Source: Clostridiaceae bacterium (GTDB lineage: Bacteria; Bacillota; Clostridia; DSM-8532). Taken from it: DNA of 64,000 nt. Shown here one piece after another: positions 27,968-36,935 of the stretch; positions within the stretch are counted from its first letter, which is position 1, and each line of letters starts with the position of its first letter. Location of the stretch: the NCBI GenBank assembly GCA_012719545.1, contig JAAYAD010000030.1, positions 7,541 to 71,540 of the forward strand, given 5' to 3'. The notes under the pieces were generated by a model, which saw only the letters and a program-made list of their open reading frames with translations, was not told the DNA's origin and searched no databases. Made by a program: the position numbers and the translations under genes.

Positions 27968-27996
27968 AATATACCACAATATATTGTAAATGACAA
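27968..27996 (-). promoter_or_regulatory. SigmaA-type promoter of the flgB operon, with a palindromic spacer
   Basis: On the minus strand, TTGTCA (27996-27991), a 17-nt spacer, then TGg-TATATT (extended -10, 27973-27968). The spacer contains the perfect palindrome ACAATATATTGT (27976-27987). Lies about 65 nt upstream of flgB. Confidence 0.6.
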
Positions 27997-28172
27997 GAAA
28001 GGTTTGTAAAAATATTTAATATAATGTCTAATTTTATCAGATTTTCTTGAAAAATAGATTTTTTATGATTTGGAGATAATAATGGCATCAGAAGCCGATT
28101 CTGCATTTCAAAAGCAAAAATTCAACAGTTAAAATACAGGCAAATTGCAGTTTTTCAACCATAACTTACTAC

Positions 28173-28201
28173 TTATAAAGGAAAAGTGTTCAGACATAAT
28201 A
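28173..28201 (+). promoter_or_regulatory. Forespore (sigmaG-like) promoter candidate for the SASP gene
   Basis: TTATA (28173-28177), 17 nt, then CATAATA (28195-28201). This resembles the sigmaG consensus GHATR-17/18-CATXHTA, except for the first base of the -35. Confidence 0.4.
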
Positions 28202-28222
28202 AGTAGTGAGGAGGTGAGATTA

Positions 28223-28435
28223 ATGGCAAGCAACAATTCAAGAAGCAAGACATCCTTCGATAACATGAAGTATGAAATCGCCGGCCAGCTTGGTATTAAC
28301 CTCAAGCAGGGATACAATGGTGACCTTACTTCCCGCGAAGCTGGTACTATCGGTGGTAACATCGTTAAAAAGGTATTCCAGTCTTACACCGGTAATCAGT
28401 ATCCTCAGGTTGATACAAATCAGCAGAGCAAGTAA
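28223..28435 (+). CDS. Alpha/beta-type small acid-soluble spore protein (SASP)
   Basis: 70 aa starting MASNNSRSK, with AGGAGG upstream. Conserved SASP motifs KYEIAGQLGINL and GDLTSREAGTIGGNIVKK. The longer track ORF from 28145 is not supported. Confidence 0.9.
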   Translation: MASNNSRSKTSFDNMKYEIAGQLGINLKQGYNGDLTSREAGTIGGNIVKKVFQSYTGNQYPQVDTNQQSK

Positions 28436-28461
28436 GAATGTAATTGAAACCTAGTATAAAA

Positions 28462-28493
28462 GGGGCTGTATCTAAAGATGCAGTCCCTTTTTT
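28462..28493 (+). terminator. Rho-independent terminator after the SASP gene (possibly bidirectional, also serving ytfJ)
   Basis: 11-bp stem GGGGCTGTATC-taaa-GATGCAGTCCC (two G-U pairs) followed by T6. A4 precedes it, giving a weaker U-tract on the minus strand. Confidence 0.75.
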
Positions 28494-28551
28494 GTTTGCT
28501 TTTTGCGCTATTAAGAAACTATTGTGAAGCTTTTTGCTGTAGTTTATTGAA

Positions 28552-29040
28552 TTACTTATTATCTTCTTCGTTTTTGTATTTAATGGTGGTCTTGTCAACA
28601 ATCTTTTCCTTGTATTCAACTTTTTCCTTGTCTTTGTCCAAAGCATCATCATTGCTTGATTTATCATCTTTCTTACAAAGCTTTTTAATTTGCTCCATGA
28701 TGCTTGGTATACTGTCAAGAGCTCTGTCAAGGGTAGCATGGGGTGCTGCAGGAATCATTCTTACTACGTTGTTTCTTCCCACTATCAGGAATGCAACGGG
28801 ATTAATGCTTACTCCGGCACCACTGCCCCCTGCAAATGGGTAAGCGGAGTTTTCGCTCTTGTTATCCTTAGAGAATTCTCCGCCGCCTGCCGCAAAACCA
28901 AACCATACTTTGGAAACTGGTATAATTACGGTTCCGTCAATGGTCTGCACGGCATCGCCCACGATGGTATTTACGTCCACCATTTCCTTAATGCTTTCCA
29001 TTGCCGTTTTCATAAGTTCTTCAATTGGATGCTGTCCCAT
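28552..29040 (-). CDS. ytfJ: Sporulation protein YtfJ (GerW family)
   Basis: VNTIVGDAVQTIDGTVIIPVSKV.FGFAAGGGEF...PFAGGSGAGVSINPVAFLIV is the characteristic GerW/YtfJ core. Confidence 0.85.
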   Translation of the reverse strand: MGQHPIEELMKTAMESIKEMVDVNTIVGDAVQTIDGTVIIPVSKVWFGFAAGGGEFSKDNKSENSAYPFAGGSGAGVSINPVAFLIVGRNNVVRMIPAAPHATLDRALDSIPSIMEQIKKLCKKDDKSSNDDALDKDKEKVEYKEKIVDKTTIKYKNEEDNK

Positions 29041-29605
29041 AACTTTTGATTCTCCCTTTCCTTAGTTTTTCGCGAAAATAATCTGTCATCAAAACTATAA
29101 TATGACTAATTCTCACCCTTAATATGCAGGTTACGTGAAAATCGGGAGTATCTTTCTGAAAGTCGGGATAAAAGTCAAGGAAAAGTCTTTTTTGGGGAAT
29201 ATATGGAATTAATGCGCCCAATACACTCCATATGCTTCCATATGCCAGGGCGGTAAAGGCGGCATTTTGTGAAGCCAATCTTCCTTTCACCGAAATATCG
29301 AATATTTCCATATTCTTTCTAAGGTGTCTCATGGTATCCTCTGAGAACATGGTTTTAAGAACACCGGAAAGCCGGCCTTTTTTCTTTTTGTGCTCGTCGG
29401 GCACGTCCTTTTTTCGGCTTGCAAGAAAGCTCAGGCCGCCTTCTTTGAAATTCCACTTATAAATGGTAAGTATTCTGTAAAGCATGACCTTTACTTCCAT
29501 GTCAAATCCCTTGTCATCAAAGGAGATTGTCAACATGAAAGAAAGTTTCAGAAACATCAGTATTATAATTAAGGCAATAATAAATAAAGCCAGGAAAACC
29601 ATCAA
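29021..29605 (-). CDS. DUF2953-like membrane protein (YtfI position)
   Basis: N-terminal TM, 194 aa, immediately upstream of and overlapping ytfJ, like the B. subtilis ytfI-ytfJ pair. The assignment rests mostly on synteny. Confidence 0.6.
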   Translation of the reverse strand: MMVFLALFIIALIIILMFLKLSFMLTISFDDKGFDMEVKVMLYRILTIYKWNFKEGGLSFLASRKKDVPDEHKKKKGRLSGVLKTMFSEDTMRHLRKNMEIFDISVKGRLASQNAAFTALAYGSIWSVLGALIPYIPQKRLFLDFYPDFQKDTPDFHVTCILRVRISHIIVLMTDYFREKLRKGRIKSYGTASN

Positions 29606-29655
29606 GATACCTCCGTCATCTTATGTTTTCCGGCTTTTAGCAAATTATTCCGATT

Positions 29656-30207
29656 TTAATCCAGGGGCAGGTTTTCCATGACTTCCTGAATCTCATGCAT
29701 CTGGATTACAGGCAAATCCTTGATTGATGAAAAACCGAATACCCTTAAAAATTCTTCCGTTGTCTCGTAAAGCTTTGGTCTTCCCGGCGCGTCATCACGC
29801 CCGGCTTCTCTTATAAGATTTCGTTCAATAAGCTTTGAAATGGCACTATCGCTGCTGACTCCCCTGATTTTTTCAATGTATGCCTTGGTAACAGGCTGGT
29901 TGTATGCAATAATGGCCAGAACTTCGTATGCTGCCTGGGTAAGCCCCTGCTTTTTTCTGACAGCTCCAAGCTTTGCTATGTACTCATCAAATTCGGGTTT
30001 TGTGCACAGCTGCCATCCGTTGTCTATCTCCCTTACCATTATGCCCCGGGCTGAATTCTGGTATTTGTATGACATACTGGTCATTATCGCCCGGGTAGTT
30101 TTTTTGTCATGGCCAATAATTTCGGCAAGCTTGTCCAAAGGGACCGGGTCTCCTGCGGCAAACAGCACCGCCTCAATAATGACCTCTATATCCTGAATTG
30201 ACTCCAT
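29656..30207 (-). CDS. scpB: Segregation and condensation protein B (ScpB)
   Basis: EAVLFAAGDPVPLDKLAEI and two winged-helix repeats (AAYEVLAIIAYNQPVTKAYIEKIRGV). Follows scpA. Confidence 0.92.
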   Translation of the reverse strand: MESIQDIEVIIEAVLFAAGDPVPLDKLAEIIGHDKKTTRAIMTSMSYKYQNSARGIMVREIDNGWQLCTKPEFDEYIAKLGAVRKKQGLTQAAYEVLAIIAYNQPVTKAYIEKIRGVSSDSAISKLIERNLIREAGRDDAPGRPKLYETTEEFLRVFGFSSIKDLPVIQMHEIQEVMENLPLD

Positions 30208-30974
30208 TATTGTATCACCTTTTCATCATCAGTTCCGTCAGGAAACACATAGATTTCGCCAAAAGTTTCATGTTGCTCCACTTTTGCCCGCCCCAGCTTT
30301 ACAATTTCAAGAAGGGCAAGAAAACCTGTTGCCACCTCCAGGCGGCTCTTAACGGCAGTATTGTAGATCTTTGAAAAGCATATTTTGATTCCTCGGCTTA
30401 AAACTTCCAAAAGCTCTTTCACTTTGGCCCTTAAGGAGACCTTCTCGCGATTGAGTATGCGATCCATTTTGCGGGAAACATCGTTGGTTCTGTCCTTATA
30501 GTTTTTCATGACTTTAACGAAACAGTCCCTTAAAACTTCCGGAGAAACTTCCAGCTCTTCATAAAAAGCAATCTGAGGCAGTGGCTCCGGAAGCTTGTAA
30601 TGAACGCGCTCCCACTTTGCTTCCCGTTCTTTTAAATACTGTGAAAATTCCTTGTACTTTTTGTATTCCACCAGCTGTAAAATAAGCTCTTCTCTCGGGT
30701 CTGCAGCTTCCTCCTCGGTTACCTCTTTGCTTGGAAGCAAAAGCCTTGACTTAATATGAAGCAAGGTAGCCGCCATTACAAGGAATTCGGATGCTATTTC
30801 AAGATCAAGCTGCTGCATGGCGTCGAGATATTCCATGTACTGCTCGGTTATTTCCAGTATAGGAATATCGTATATATCAATCTTGTTTTTCTCTATAAGA
30901 TAAAACAAAAGATCAAAAGGGCCCTCAAAATTATTAAGCTTAATGGTGCATGCGTTTGTTAAGGCGCTCTTCAT
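30207..30974 (-). CDS. scpA: Segregation and condensation protein A (ScpA, kleisin)
   Basis: FEGPFDLLFYLIEKNKIDIYDIPILEITEQY motif. The start is taken at ATG 30974 (MKSALTN). The ORF extends to 30998, overlapping the trpS end. Confidence 0.88.
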   Translation of the reverse strand: MKSALTNACTIKLNNFEGPFDLLFYLIEKNKIDIYDIPILEITEQYMEYLDAMQQLDLEIASEFLVMAATLLHIKSRLLLPSKEVTEEEAADPREELILQLVEYKKYKEFSQYLKEREAKWERVHYKLPEPLPQIAFYEELEVSPEVLRDCFVKVMKNYKDRTNDVSRKMDRILNREKVSLRAKVKELLEVLSRGIKICFSKIYNTAVKSRLEVATGFLALLEIVKLGRAKVEQHETFGEIYVFPDGTDDEKVIQ

Positions 30975-30984
30975 GGATATCCCT

Positions 30985-31989
30985 TCATAACCAGTCAATA
31001 TTCATGACTTTTCTTACCTGGGACATAGTATTGGCCGCGATTTCACGGGCTTTTTCATCGCCCTTCCTAATTATATCCTTTACATCATCAGTACGTTTGA
31101 GCCACTCCTGCCGTCTTTCATAGTGAGGCGTGGTCAGCTTGGCAACATTTTTTACAAGCTTTCTCTTGCACTCCACACAGCCAATCTTTCCATTTCTGCA
31201 GTTATGCTCAATTTCAGGCACCTCATCCTCAGAGAACAGCTTATGATAAGCATAAACAGTACAAACATCGGGATTGCCCGGATCAGTTTTATGAATTCTC
31301 TGGGGATCGGTTATCATGCTCATTATTTTCTTCTGAACCACTTCAGGACTGTCGGCAAGGGCAATGGTGTTGTTATAGCTCTTGCTCATCTTGCGCCCGT
31401 CAAGTCCCGGAAGAACCTTTGCCTTTGTTAAAAGGGGCTGCGGCTCCGGGAATAACTCGCAATTATACAGGAAGTTAAAGCGGCGGGCTATTTCACGGGT
31501 CAGCTCAAGATGGGGCACCTGATCCTCGCCCACGGGGACGAAATCTGCCTTGTACATCAGTATGTCAGCAGCCTGCAGGCATGGGTATCCCAAAAAGCCG
31601 TAGGTAGATATATTCCTATCCTTCATCTGGTTCAGCTGATCCTTATATGTGGGGCATCTATAGAGCCATGAGAGAGGCACGTTCATTGAAAACAGAAGGT
31701 GCAGCTCGGCATGCTCCTTAATATTGCTCTGAATAAAAATAGTGCTTTTTTCAGGATCAAGACCTGCGGCCAGCCAGTCAACCAATACATTGGTAATATT
31801 ATCTTTATAATCGTCAGTATTTTCATAACCTGTTGTCAAAGCATGGTAATCGGCTACGAAATAATAGCATTCGTATTCGTCCTGAAGACGCACCCAATTT
31901 TCCAGGGCTCCAAAATAATTTCCCAGATGCAAAGATCCGGTAGGACGCATTCCGCTCAAAATAATTCCTTTTTTGCTCATTTTTTTCAC
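30985..31989 (-). CDS. trpS: Tryptophan--tRNA ligase
   Basis: Class I signatures: HIGH-like GSLHLGNY and KMSKS. About 330 aa, TrpRS-like throughout. Confidence 0.95.
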   Translation of the reverse strand: MKKMSKKGIILSGMRPTGSLHLGNYFGALENWVRLQDEYECYYFVADYHALTTGYENTDDYKDNITNVLVDWLAAGLDPEKSTIFIQSNIKEHAELHLLFSMNVPLSWLYRCPTYKDQLNQMKDRNISTYGFLGYPCLQAADILMYKADFVPVGEDQVPHLELTREIARRFNFLYNCELFPEPQPLLTKAKVLPGLDGRKMSKSYNNTIALADSPEVVQKKIMSMITDPQRIHKTDPGNPDVCTVYAYHKLFSEDEVPEIEHNCRNGKIGCVECKRKLVKNVAKLTTPHYERRQEWLKRTDDVKDIIRKGDEKAREIAANTMSQVRKVMNIDWL

Positions 31990-32111
31990 TCCTGGCCGTT
32001 GAAATATATATTCTAGATAATGTTACAACAAACTTGCGCATATTGTCCAGTATGGGAAAAAACCGACACCGAACCGGACAGTGCAATACTTGTTATCGCA
32101 ATCAATTTATT

Positions 32112-32143
32112 GGTTAAGCGGCTGCAGCCTGTAGCCATTTAGC
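32112..32143 (-). repeat. Third copy of a ~30-nt GC-rich repeat (see 46342-46462)
   Basis: Minus strand GCTAAATGGCTACAGGCTGCAGCCGCTTAACC versus plus strand 46431-46462 GCTAAATCGCTGCAGGCTACAGCCGCTTGAAG. About 26 of the first 30 positions are identical. Confidence 0.7.
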
Positions 32144-32163
32144 TGTCCAGCTTACTGTCCAGC

Positions 32164-32841
32164 TTAAATTCCTAAAATAAAACTGACAACAAGGGTCATG
32201 CTTCTGTAAATGGGAAGCGCAAAGAAGCTTATAAATTTCCCCACAATATTGTCGGGCACAAGTGCCACAAGGGCAAGAAATGCCAAGCCGATATACTGCT
32301 CATATCTTGCAAAGCGATAATAGCTTTCTTCCGGCACAAATGATGATACAAGCCTTGAACCGTCCAGGGGCGGAACTGGTATGAGATTGAATACTGCAAG
32401 GCTTATATTCACAAATACGAGGGTCTGGAAAAAGTCCTGGACAGTCAAAAGAACATTCGCCCAGTTGCCCTTATCGAAAGGAATTACGCCAATGCTTGCA
32501 AGCTTAACAATAATTCCCCATACAAACAGGCTTAAAAAACCCAGAAGCAGGTTGGATAACGGACCTGCCAGTGCAACCAGAAACAGCCCCGTCCGGCGGT
32601 TTTTAAAATAGCCTGAGTTTACCGGGACGGGCTTTGCCCAGCCAACTCCGGCAAGATACATCATAATCACACCCATCAAATCCAGGTGCTTAAAAGGATT
32701 CAAAGTCAAACGGCCTGCATATTTCGCCGTCGGATCACCCATCTTCCAGGCAACCCATCCGTGTGCAAACTCATGGACAGGCAATGCAATCAGAAGAATG
32801 GGTGTCATCATAAGCATATTTTTAAGAGAAAGAATATTCAT
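32164..32841 (-). CDS. Site-2 protease family (peptidase M50) membrane metalloprotease
   Basis: HExxH in a TM helix (VHEFAHGWVA) and a downstream NLIPVPPLDGSR motif. Polytopic, 225 aa. Confidence 0.8.
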   Translation of the reverse strand: MNILSLKNMLMMTPILLIALPVHEFAHGWVAWKMGDPTAKYAGRLTLNPFKHLDLMGVIMMYLAGVGWAKPVPVNSGYFKNRRTGLFLVALAGPLSNLLLGFLSLFVWGIIVKLASIGVIPFDKGNWANVLLTVQDFFQTLVFVNISLAVFNLIPVPPLDGSRLVSSFVPEESYYRFARYEQYIGLAFLALVALVPDNIVGKFISFFALPIYRSMTLVVSFILGI

Positions 32842-32850
32842 ATTTATACC

Positions 32851-33246
32851 TCATTTAATCCATCCGCTTATAAAATCAAGAATGGGCCCTAAAAACACCA
32901 AAACGCCTGTTACTGCTGAGATAATGGCACTGACGAGTACTGCCCCTGCTCCTAAATCTTTTACTATTCTGACTTTTTCAGAATATTCCTCCATTACCAT
33001 ATCGGAAAGTCTCTCAATGGACGTATTTACAAGCTCAGAAGCCAGAACCAGTCCGATTGCCAATGTCAGCAGAGCCCATCGCACAAGATCAATATTTAAT
33101 ATTATTCCTGCAATTATAACAAGAACCGTGGCGCACATGTGGATTCTGAAATTGCGTTCAGACAAAAAAGCCAGGCGTACGCCGTTAAATGCATTTTTAA
33201 AGCTCTGGCCAAGGCTTTGGTTTTTATAGTTATTAGCAGATGACAT
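32851..33246 (-). CDS. dgkA: Diacylglycerol/undecaprenol kinase (DagK family)
   Basis: 131 aa, 3 TM, with NFRIH and ELVNTSIERLSDMV motifs typical of prokaryotic DgkA. Confidence 0.88.
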   Translation of the reverse strand: MSSANNYKNQSLGQSFKNAFNGVRLAFLSERNFRIHMCATVLVIIAGIILNIDLVRWALLTLAIGLVLASELVNTSIERLSDMVMEEYSEKVRIVKDLGAGAVLVSAIISAVTGVLVFLGPILDFISGWIK

Positions 33247-33261
33247 ATTTACTTTCCTTTT

Positions 33262-33750
33262 CTACTCTCTTCTTAATCCAAGGCCGTTCAATATCTCTTC
33301 CTGCTTGGAAAACATAACCTTTTCCTCATCAACAGTTTCATGGTCATAGCCTAAAAGATGGAGCATTCCATGAACCGCCAGAAAAGCAAACTCCCTTTCG
33401 GTTGAATGCCCGAAAGCTTCGGCCTGCTCATTGGCTTTCTCTACAGAAATAATGATATCTCCCAGCGAAACCCTTTTGGTAACCGGATCAATATCCGAAG
33501 GCAGAATCTCAGGCTTGCCGTTTACATATTCCAAAACCGGAAATGAAAGCACATCCGTTGGCTTGTCAATTCCGCGGTATTCCTTGTTTATCTCCCTGAT
33601 TTCATCATTATCGGTTAAAGTAATTACCACTTCGCACTTATAGGGAAAGCCCTCACTTTTTACACAGCTTTTTACGGCTTTTTCAATCAGCTTGACTGTT
33701 TCCCCGGGTATTTTCTGCACTTTCTGCCTGTTGTATATGGTCACCTTCAT
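33262..33750 (-). CDS. ybeY: rRNA maturation endoribonuclease YbeY
   Basis: Zinc motif HGMLHLLGYDH. Size and synteny (phoH-pgpH-ybeY-dgkA) match. Confidence 0.93.
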   Translation of the reverse strand: MKVTIYNRQKVQKIPGETVKLIEKAVKSCVKSEGFPYKCEVVITLTDNDEIREINKEYRGIDKPTDVLSFPVLEYVNGKPEILPSDIDPVTKRVSLGDIIISVEKANEQAEAFGHSTEREFAFLAVHGMLHLLGYDHETVDEEKVMFSKQEEILNGLGLRRE

Positions 33751-35948
33751 CCGGGATTTGCCTCCTTGGTTTTAGTTTTGCCTTTCTCGATATTATAAAT
33801 GCTGTTGTCAAGCTCAGCCAATGTATTCTTCTTCTCAAGCTCGGGGTACTCCGTTCTTTCATGGAACACACCGCTTAAAACCTGCATAAAGCTGTCTGCA
33901 ATTGTACTCAGGTCTTTTAATGTAAGATCGCATCTGTCAAGCTGTCCGTCATCAAGCTTATCTTTTATTATTTTTCTTATAAGCCCCTCTATTTTGCCAG
34001 GTGTTTTTTCAGGCATTGCCCTTACTGCTGCTTCCACCGAATCTGCCAGCATTACAACGGCTGCCTCGCGTGTGCTGGGCTTCGGGCCTTCGTATCTGAA
34101 GGTCTCCTCTTTTAGCTCCTCGGTTTTGTCTGCCTGCATTGCCTTATGGTAAAAATATGCCACAAGGGTGTTGCCATGATGCTGAACAATAATGTCCCGT
34201 ATTATCTTTGGAATACGATATTTTATGGCAAGCTCCTCCCCATCCTTTGTATGGCTTGTAATAACAAGGGTACTTAAATTGGGGGTCAGCTTGTCATGGG
34301 GATTTCCGTTCATCTGATTTTCTTTGAAGAAATTGGGGCGCTTAAGTTTTCCAATATCGTGGAAATAGGCTCCAACCCTTGCCAGAAGCGCATTTCCTCC
34401 AATTTCTCTGGTTGCCACTTCAGCAAGATTCCCCACCATCAGGCTATGATGATAGGTTCCCGGAGCTTCCATCAACAGCCGCTTGAGCAAGGGGTGGTTT
34501 GGATCGGCTAATTCAAGAAGCTTTAATGGTGTAACCAGATTGAAGGAACTCTCCAAAAATGGCAGTATTCCTATGGCAAGGATAATGGAAAATATGCCGT
34601 TTACAAAGGCCAGGCCTCCTTCATTCAGAAGGCTTTCAAAGCTCTTTTTTGCAATTATTCCCGTAAACACGATAATTAAAGCATTTATAGCACCAAGAAT
34701 TATTCCAGCAAGGGATATTCTTCTTCGCTGGGTGGCATTGGTGGTAAAATATGCGGCAAAGGAGCCGCCTGCCAAAGCCATCAGCATGAATTCATAATTT
34801 CCCCCAAGCATCAGCCCGAAGCTGAATACCAAAAAGATATTTATGGCAAGTGCCGGTTCTATGCCAAGGAAAATAGCCAGTAAAACAGGTGCTATGAACA
34901 CTGGTATAAGAAGGTATGAGAGATCGGGGACAAACTCCTTGAAGACCCAGGCAAATAACGTTGTTATAAGCATAACAACACATATCAGCATTATAGATCT
35001 TCTGTCCTGAACTATTTTGGGCTGGAAATTTTTAAAGTAGGCTATTGTAATTAAAATCAGTCCAAGAATTATTAGAAAAACTGAAATATACAGTAAGTAA
35101 TCGGGTTTTCCCTCACTGTCTATGTAGTTTATCTCCTTCAAAACCTCGTAGATATCCTCTGTAACTATGTCGTCCTTGCTTATTATTCGTTCGTCCTTGT
35201 ATATAATTACAGGATTCTCATTTATATAGCTTTCAATAAACTCATCCTTCTTAGCCTGGGTGGCCTCCTCATCTATCCTGCTGTTGGGCTTTAAAACCTT
35301 GTTCAATACATCCCTTGCTATATAGGACAAGGAATCCTCTTCAAGCTGCATTTCAACTTGGGCCAGGCTTTGGGCCTTATAGGACGTAAGATTGTCCTCC
35401 ATAAGCTCTTTTACCGTAAGGGACGGAATGGTTCCCTTAATTATCAGGCCTTTTAAGGTTCTTACTCCCTCAAGACCTTTGTCGGAGAAAATATATTCAC
35501 GGTCGGATTCGTCCATTTCAAACAAAACAGAATAAAGACCCTCCGGGTCATGCTTTTTTATAATGTAATCCAGGTCTTCCCTGGATACGATTTTTTCCTG
35601 ATTTACATTCAGAATAACCTGCTCGAGTCCGTCAAAATATTCATATGCGCCATTCAGCATATCGCTGTTGGCATTTTCAATGGATATTACTACCGGAGGA
35701 AGCTCTTCTGCCTTTTCTTCGGCATTTTGCCTTGTTTTCAGAGTATTTTTCAAATCGCTTGGAGCCTGAATGTCAAACTGGGAAACATCTCCAACTTTAA
35801 GCTTGTATTTTTTTGGAGCTGTTTCATATGCAAGCAGGGTTGAAAGAACCAGCCATGTCACAACAACAATTATGACACGCTGAAAGGAATCGCTTTTAAT
35901 ATATTTTTTTATCCTTTTTTCAGAACTTCTCCCATGTGTTTTAACCAT
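33747..35948 (-). CDS. pgpH: 7TM-HD membrane phosphohydrolase (PgpH/YqfF-type cyclic-di-AMP phosphodiesterase)
   Basis: Extracellular N-domain, 7 TM segments, and a C-terminal HD domain (HSLMVGNLAE...FHDIGK...HH). The start is taken at ATG 35948, overlapping the phoH stop. The ORF extends to 35990. Confidence 0.88.
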   Translation of the reverse strand: MVKTHGRSSEKRIKKYIKSDSFQRVIIVVVTWLVLSTLLAYETAPKKYKLKVGDVSQFDIQAPSDLKNTLKTRQNAEEKAEELPPVVISIENANSDMLNGAYEYFDGLEQVILNVNQEKIVSREDLDYIIKKHDPEGLYSVLFEMDESDREYIFSDKGLEGVRTLKGLIIKGTIPSLTVKELMEDNLTSYKAQSLAQVEMQLEEDSLSYIARDVLNKVLKPNSRIDEEATQAKKDEFIESYINENPVIIYKDERIISKDDIVTEDIYEVLKEINYIDSEGKPDYLLYISVFLIILGLILITIAYFKNFQPKIVQDRRSIMLICVVMLITTLFAWVFKEFVPDLSYLLIPVFIAPVLLAIFLGIEPALAINIFLVFSFGLMLGGNYEFMLMALAGGSFAAYFTTNATQRRRISLAGIILGAINALIIVFTGIIAKKSFESLLNEGGLAFVNGIFSIILAIGILPFLESSFNLVTPLKLLELADPNHPLLKRLLMEAPGTYHHSLMVGNLAEVATREIGGNALLARVGAYFHDIGKLKRPNFFKENQMNGNPHDKLTPNLSTLVITSHTKDGEELAIKYRIPKIIRDIIVQHHGNTLVAYFYHKAMQADKTEELKEETFRYEGPKPSTREAAVVMLADSVEAAVRAMPEKTPGKIEGLIRKIIKDKLDDGQLDRCDLTLKDLSTIADSFMQVLSGVFHERTEYPELEKKNTLAELDNSIYNIEKGKTKTKEANPG

Positions 35949-36915
35949 TGACACCCCTGCCTTTAGCATCATTTTCATATGCCTTGACAATACGCTGTAC
36001 CAGTTCGTGGCGGACTACATCCCGTTCATTCAGGTAGATAAAAGCCAATCCGTCCACATCCTTAAGTACCCTTCTTGCTTCATTAAGCCCTGATTTTTTG
36101 TCGCCCGGAAGATCTATCTGGGTAACATCGCCGGTTATAACCATTCTGGAGCCCATGCCCAATCTTGTAAGGAACATTTTCATCTGCTCGGGTGTGGTAT
36201 TCTGGGCTTCATCAAGAATAATAAAGGAATCGTCAAGGGTTCTGCCGCGCATATATGCAAGGGGAGCTACCTCAATTACGCCTTTTTCCATATTGCTGTG
36301 GTATGTTTCAGGTCCCATAATATGATAAAGTGCATCATACAGGGGACGAAGATACGGATCCACCTTGTTTTGAAGATCGCCAGGCAAAAATCCCAGCCGT
36401 TCTCCAGCTTCTACGGCAGGACGAGTAAGGATAATACGGCTGACCTGCTTTTCCCGGAATGCCTTAACAGCCATGGCAACTGCCAGAAATGTCTTTCCGG
36501 TACCTGCAGGACCTATTCCAAAGACAATGGGATATTTTCGCATGGCTTCAACATATCTTTTCTGGTTGAAAGTTTTTGACTTGACGGGTTTGCCTCTGTA
36601 CGTAAGGCAGACCAGATCAAGGGGAAGCTCTTCTCCCTCCAATTTTTCCTCATTGGCAAGATCCAAAAGATAACGGACATTTTGCTCTGTAATTACATCT
36701 CCGTTTTCAGAAATGAGAATAAGCTTCTTTAATACATCCACTGCCATGTCGGCACGGCTTTCAAAGCCTGAAATTCTAAGTTCGTTATTTCTGGCAGTTA
36801 TTTTGATATCCAGCTTGTCCTCAATAAGTTTAATATTCCTGTCGTTAGTTCCAAAAACATTAACGGTGTGTTCCGCATCAGGCAGTTCTAAAAATCTTTC
36901 AACAACAGTATCCAA
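35941..36915 (-). CDS. phoH: PhoH-family ATPase
   Basis: Walker A GPAGTGKTFLAV, DEAQN box, PhoH-like C-terminal region. Confidence 0.92.
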   Translation of the reverse strand: MDTVVERFLELPDAEHTVNVFGTNDRNIKLIEDKLDIKITARNNELRISGFESRADMAVDVLKKLILISENGDVITEQNVRYLLDLANEEKLEGEELPLDLVCLTYRGKPVKSKTFNQKRYVEAMRKYPIVFGIGPAGTGKTFLAVAMAVKAFREKQVSRIILTRPAVEAGERLGFLPGDLQNKVDPYLRPLYDALYHIMGPETYHSNMEKGVIEVAPLAYMRGRTLDDSFIILDEAQNTTPEQMKMFLTRLGMGSRMVITGDVTQIDLPGDKKSGLNEARRVLKDVDGLAFIYLNERDVVRHELVQRIVKAYENDAKGRGVNG

Positions 36916-36935
36916 AATTCTATCCTTCCTTACAA

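Noticed and set aside
27899-28222. c-di-GMP riboswitch or invertible 'flagellar switch' upstream of flgB, as described for Clostridioides difficile
   Set aside because: The predicted promoter leaves a 5' UTR of only about 65 nt. I saw no GEMM-like conserved helices and no long (about 20 bp) inverted repeats flanking a roughly 150-bp segment. The only dyads are short AT-rich ones (ACAATATATTGT, ATGTATACAT).
27924-28362. Minus-strand ORFs of 60 and 77 codons in the flgB-SASP intergenic region, antisense to the SASP gene
   Set aside because: One lies within the flgB promoter region and the other overlaps the strongly supported SASP gene. Neither has an SD or a recognisable motif.
28365-28739. 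124-codon minus-strand ORF spanning the SASP terminator and the ytfJ 3' end
   Set aside because: It overlaps ytfJ in another frame and runs through a bidirectional terminator. It has no SD, and its composition is Lys/Thr/Asn-rich and low-complexity.
31990-32163. Possible tryptophan T-box leader upstream of trpS, as in B. subtilis
   Set aside because: The 174-nt leader lacks the conserved T-box sequence (AAnnnGGGTGGTACCGCG-like) and has no recognisable specifier-loop or AG-bulge architecture. It is also shorter than typical T-box leaders. Only a weak hairpin with a T6 tract (about 32055-32080, minus strand) and the GC-rich repeat are present.
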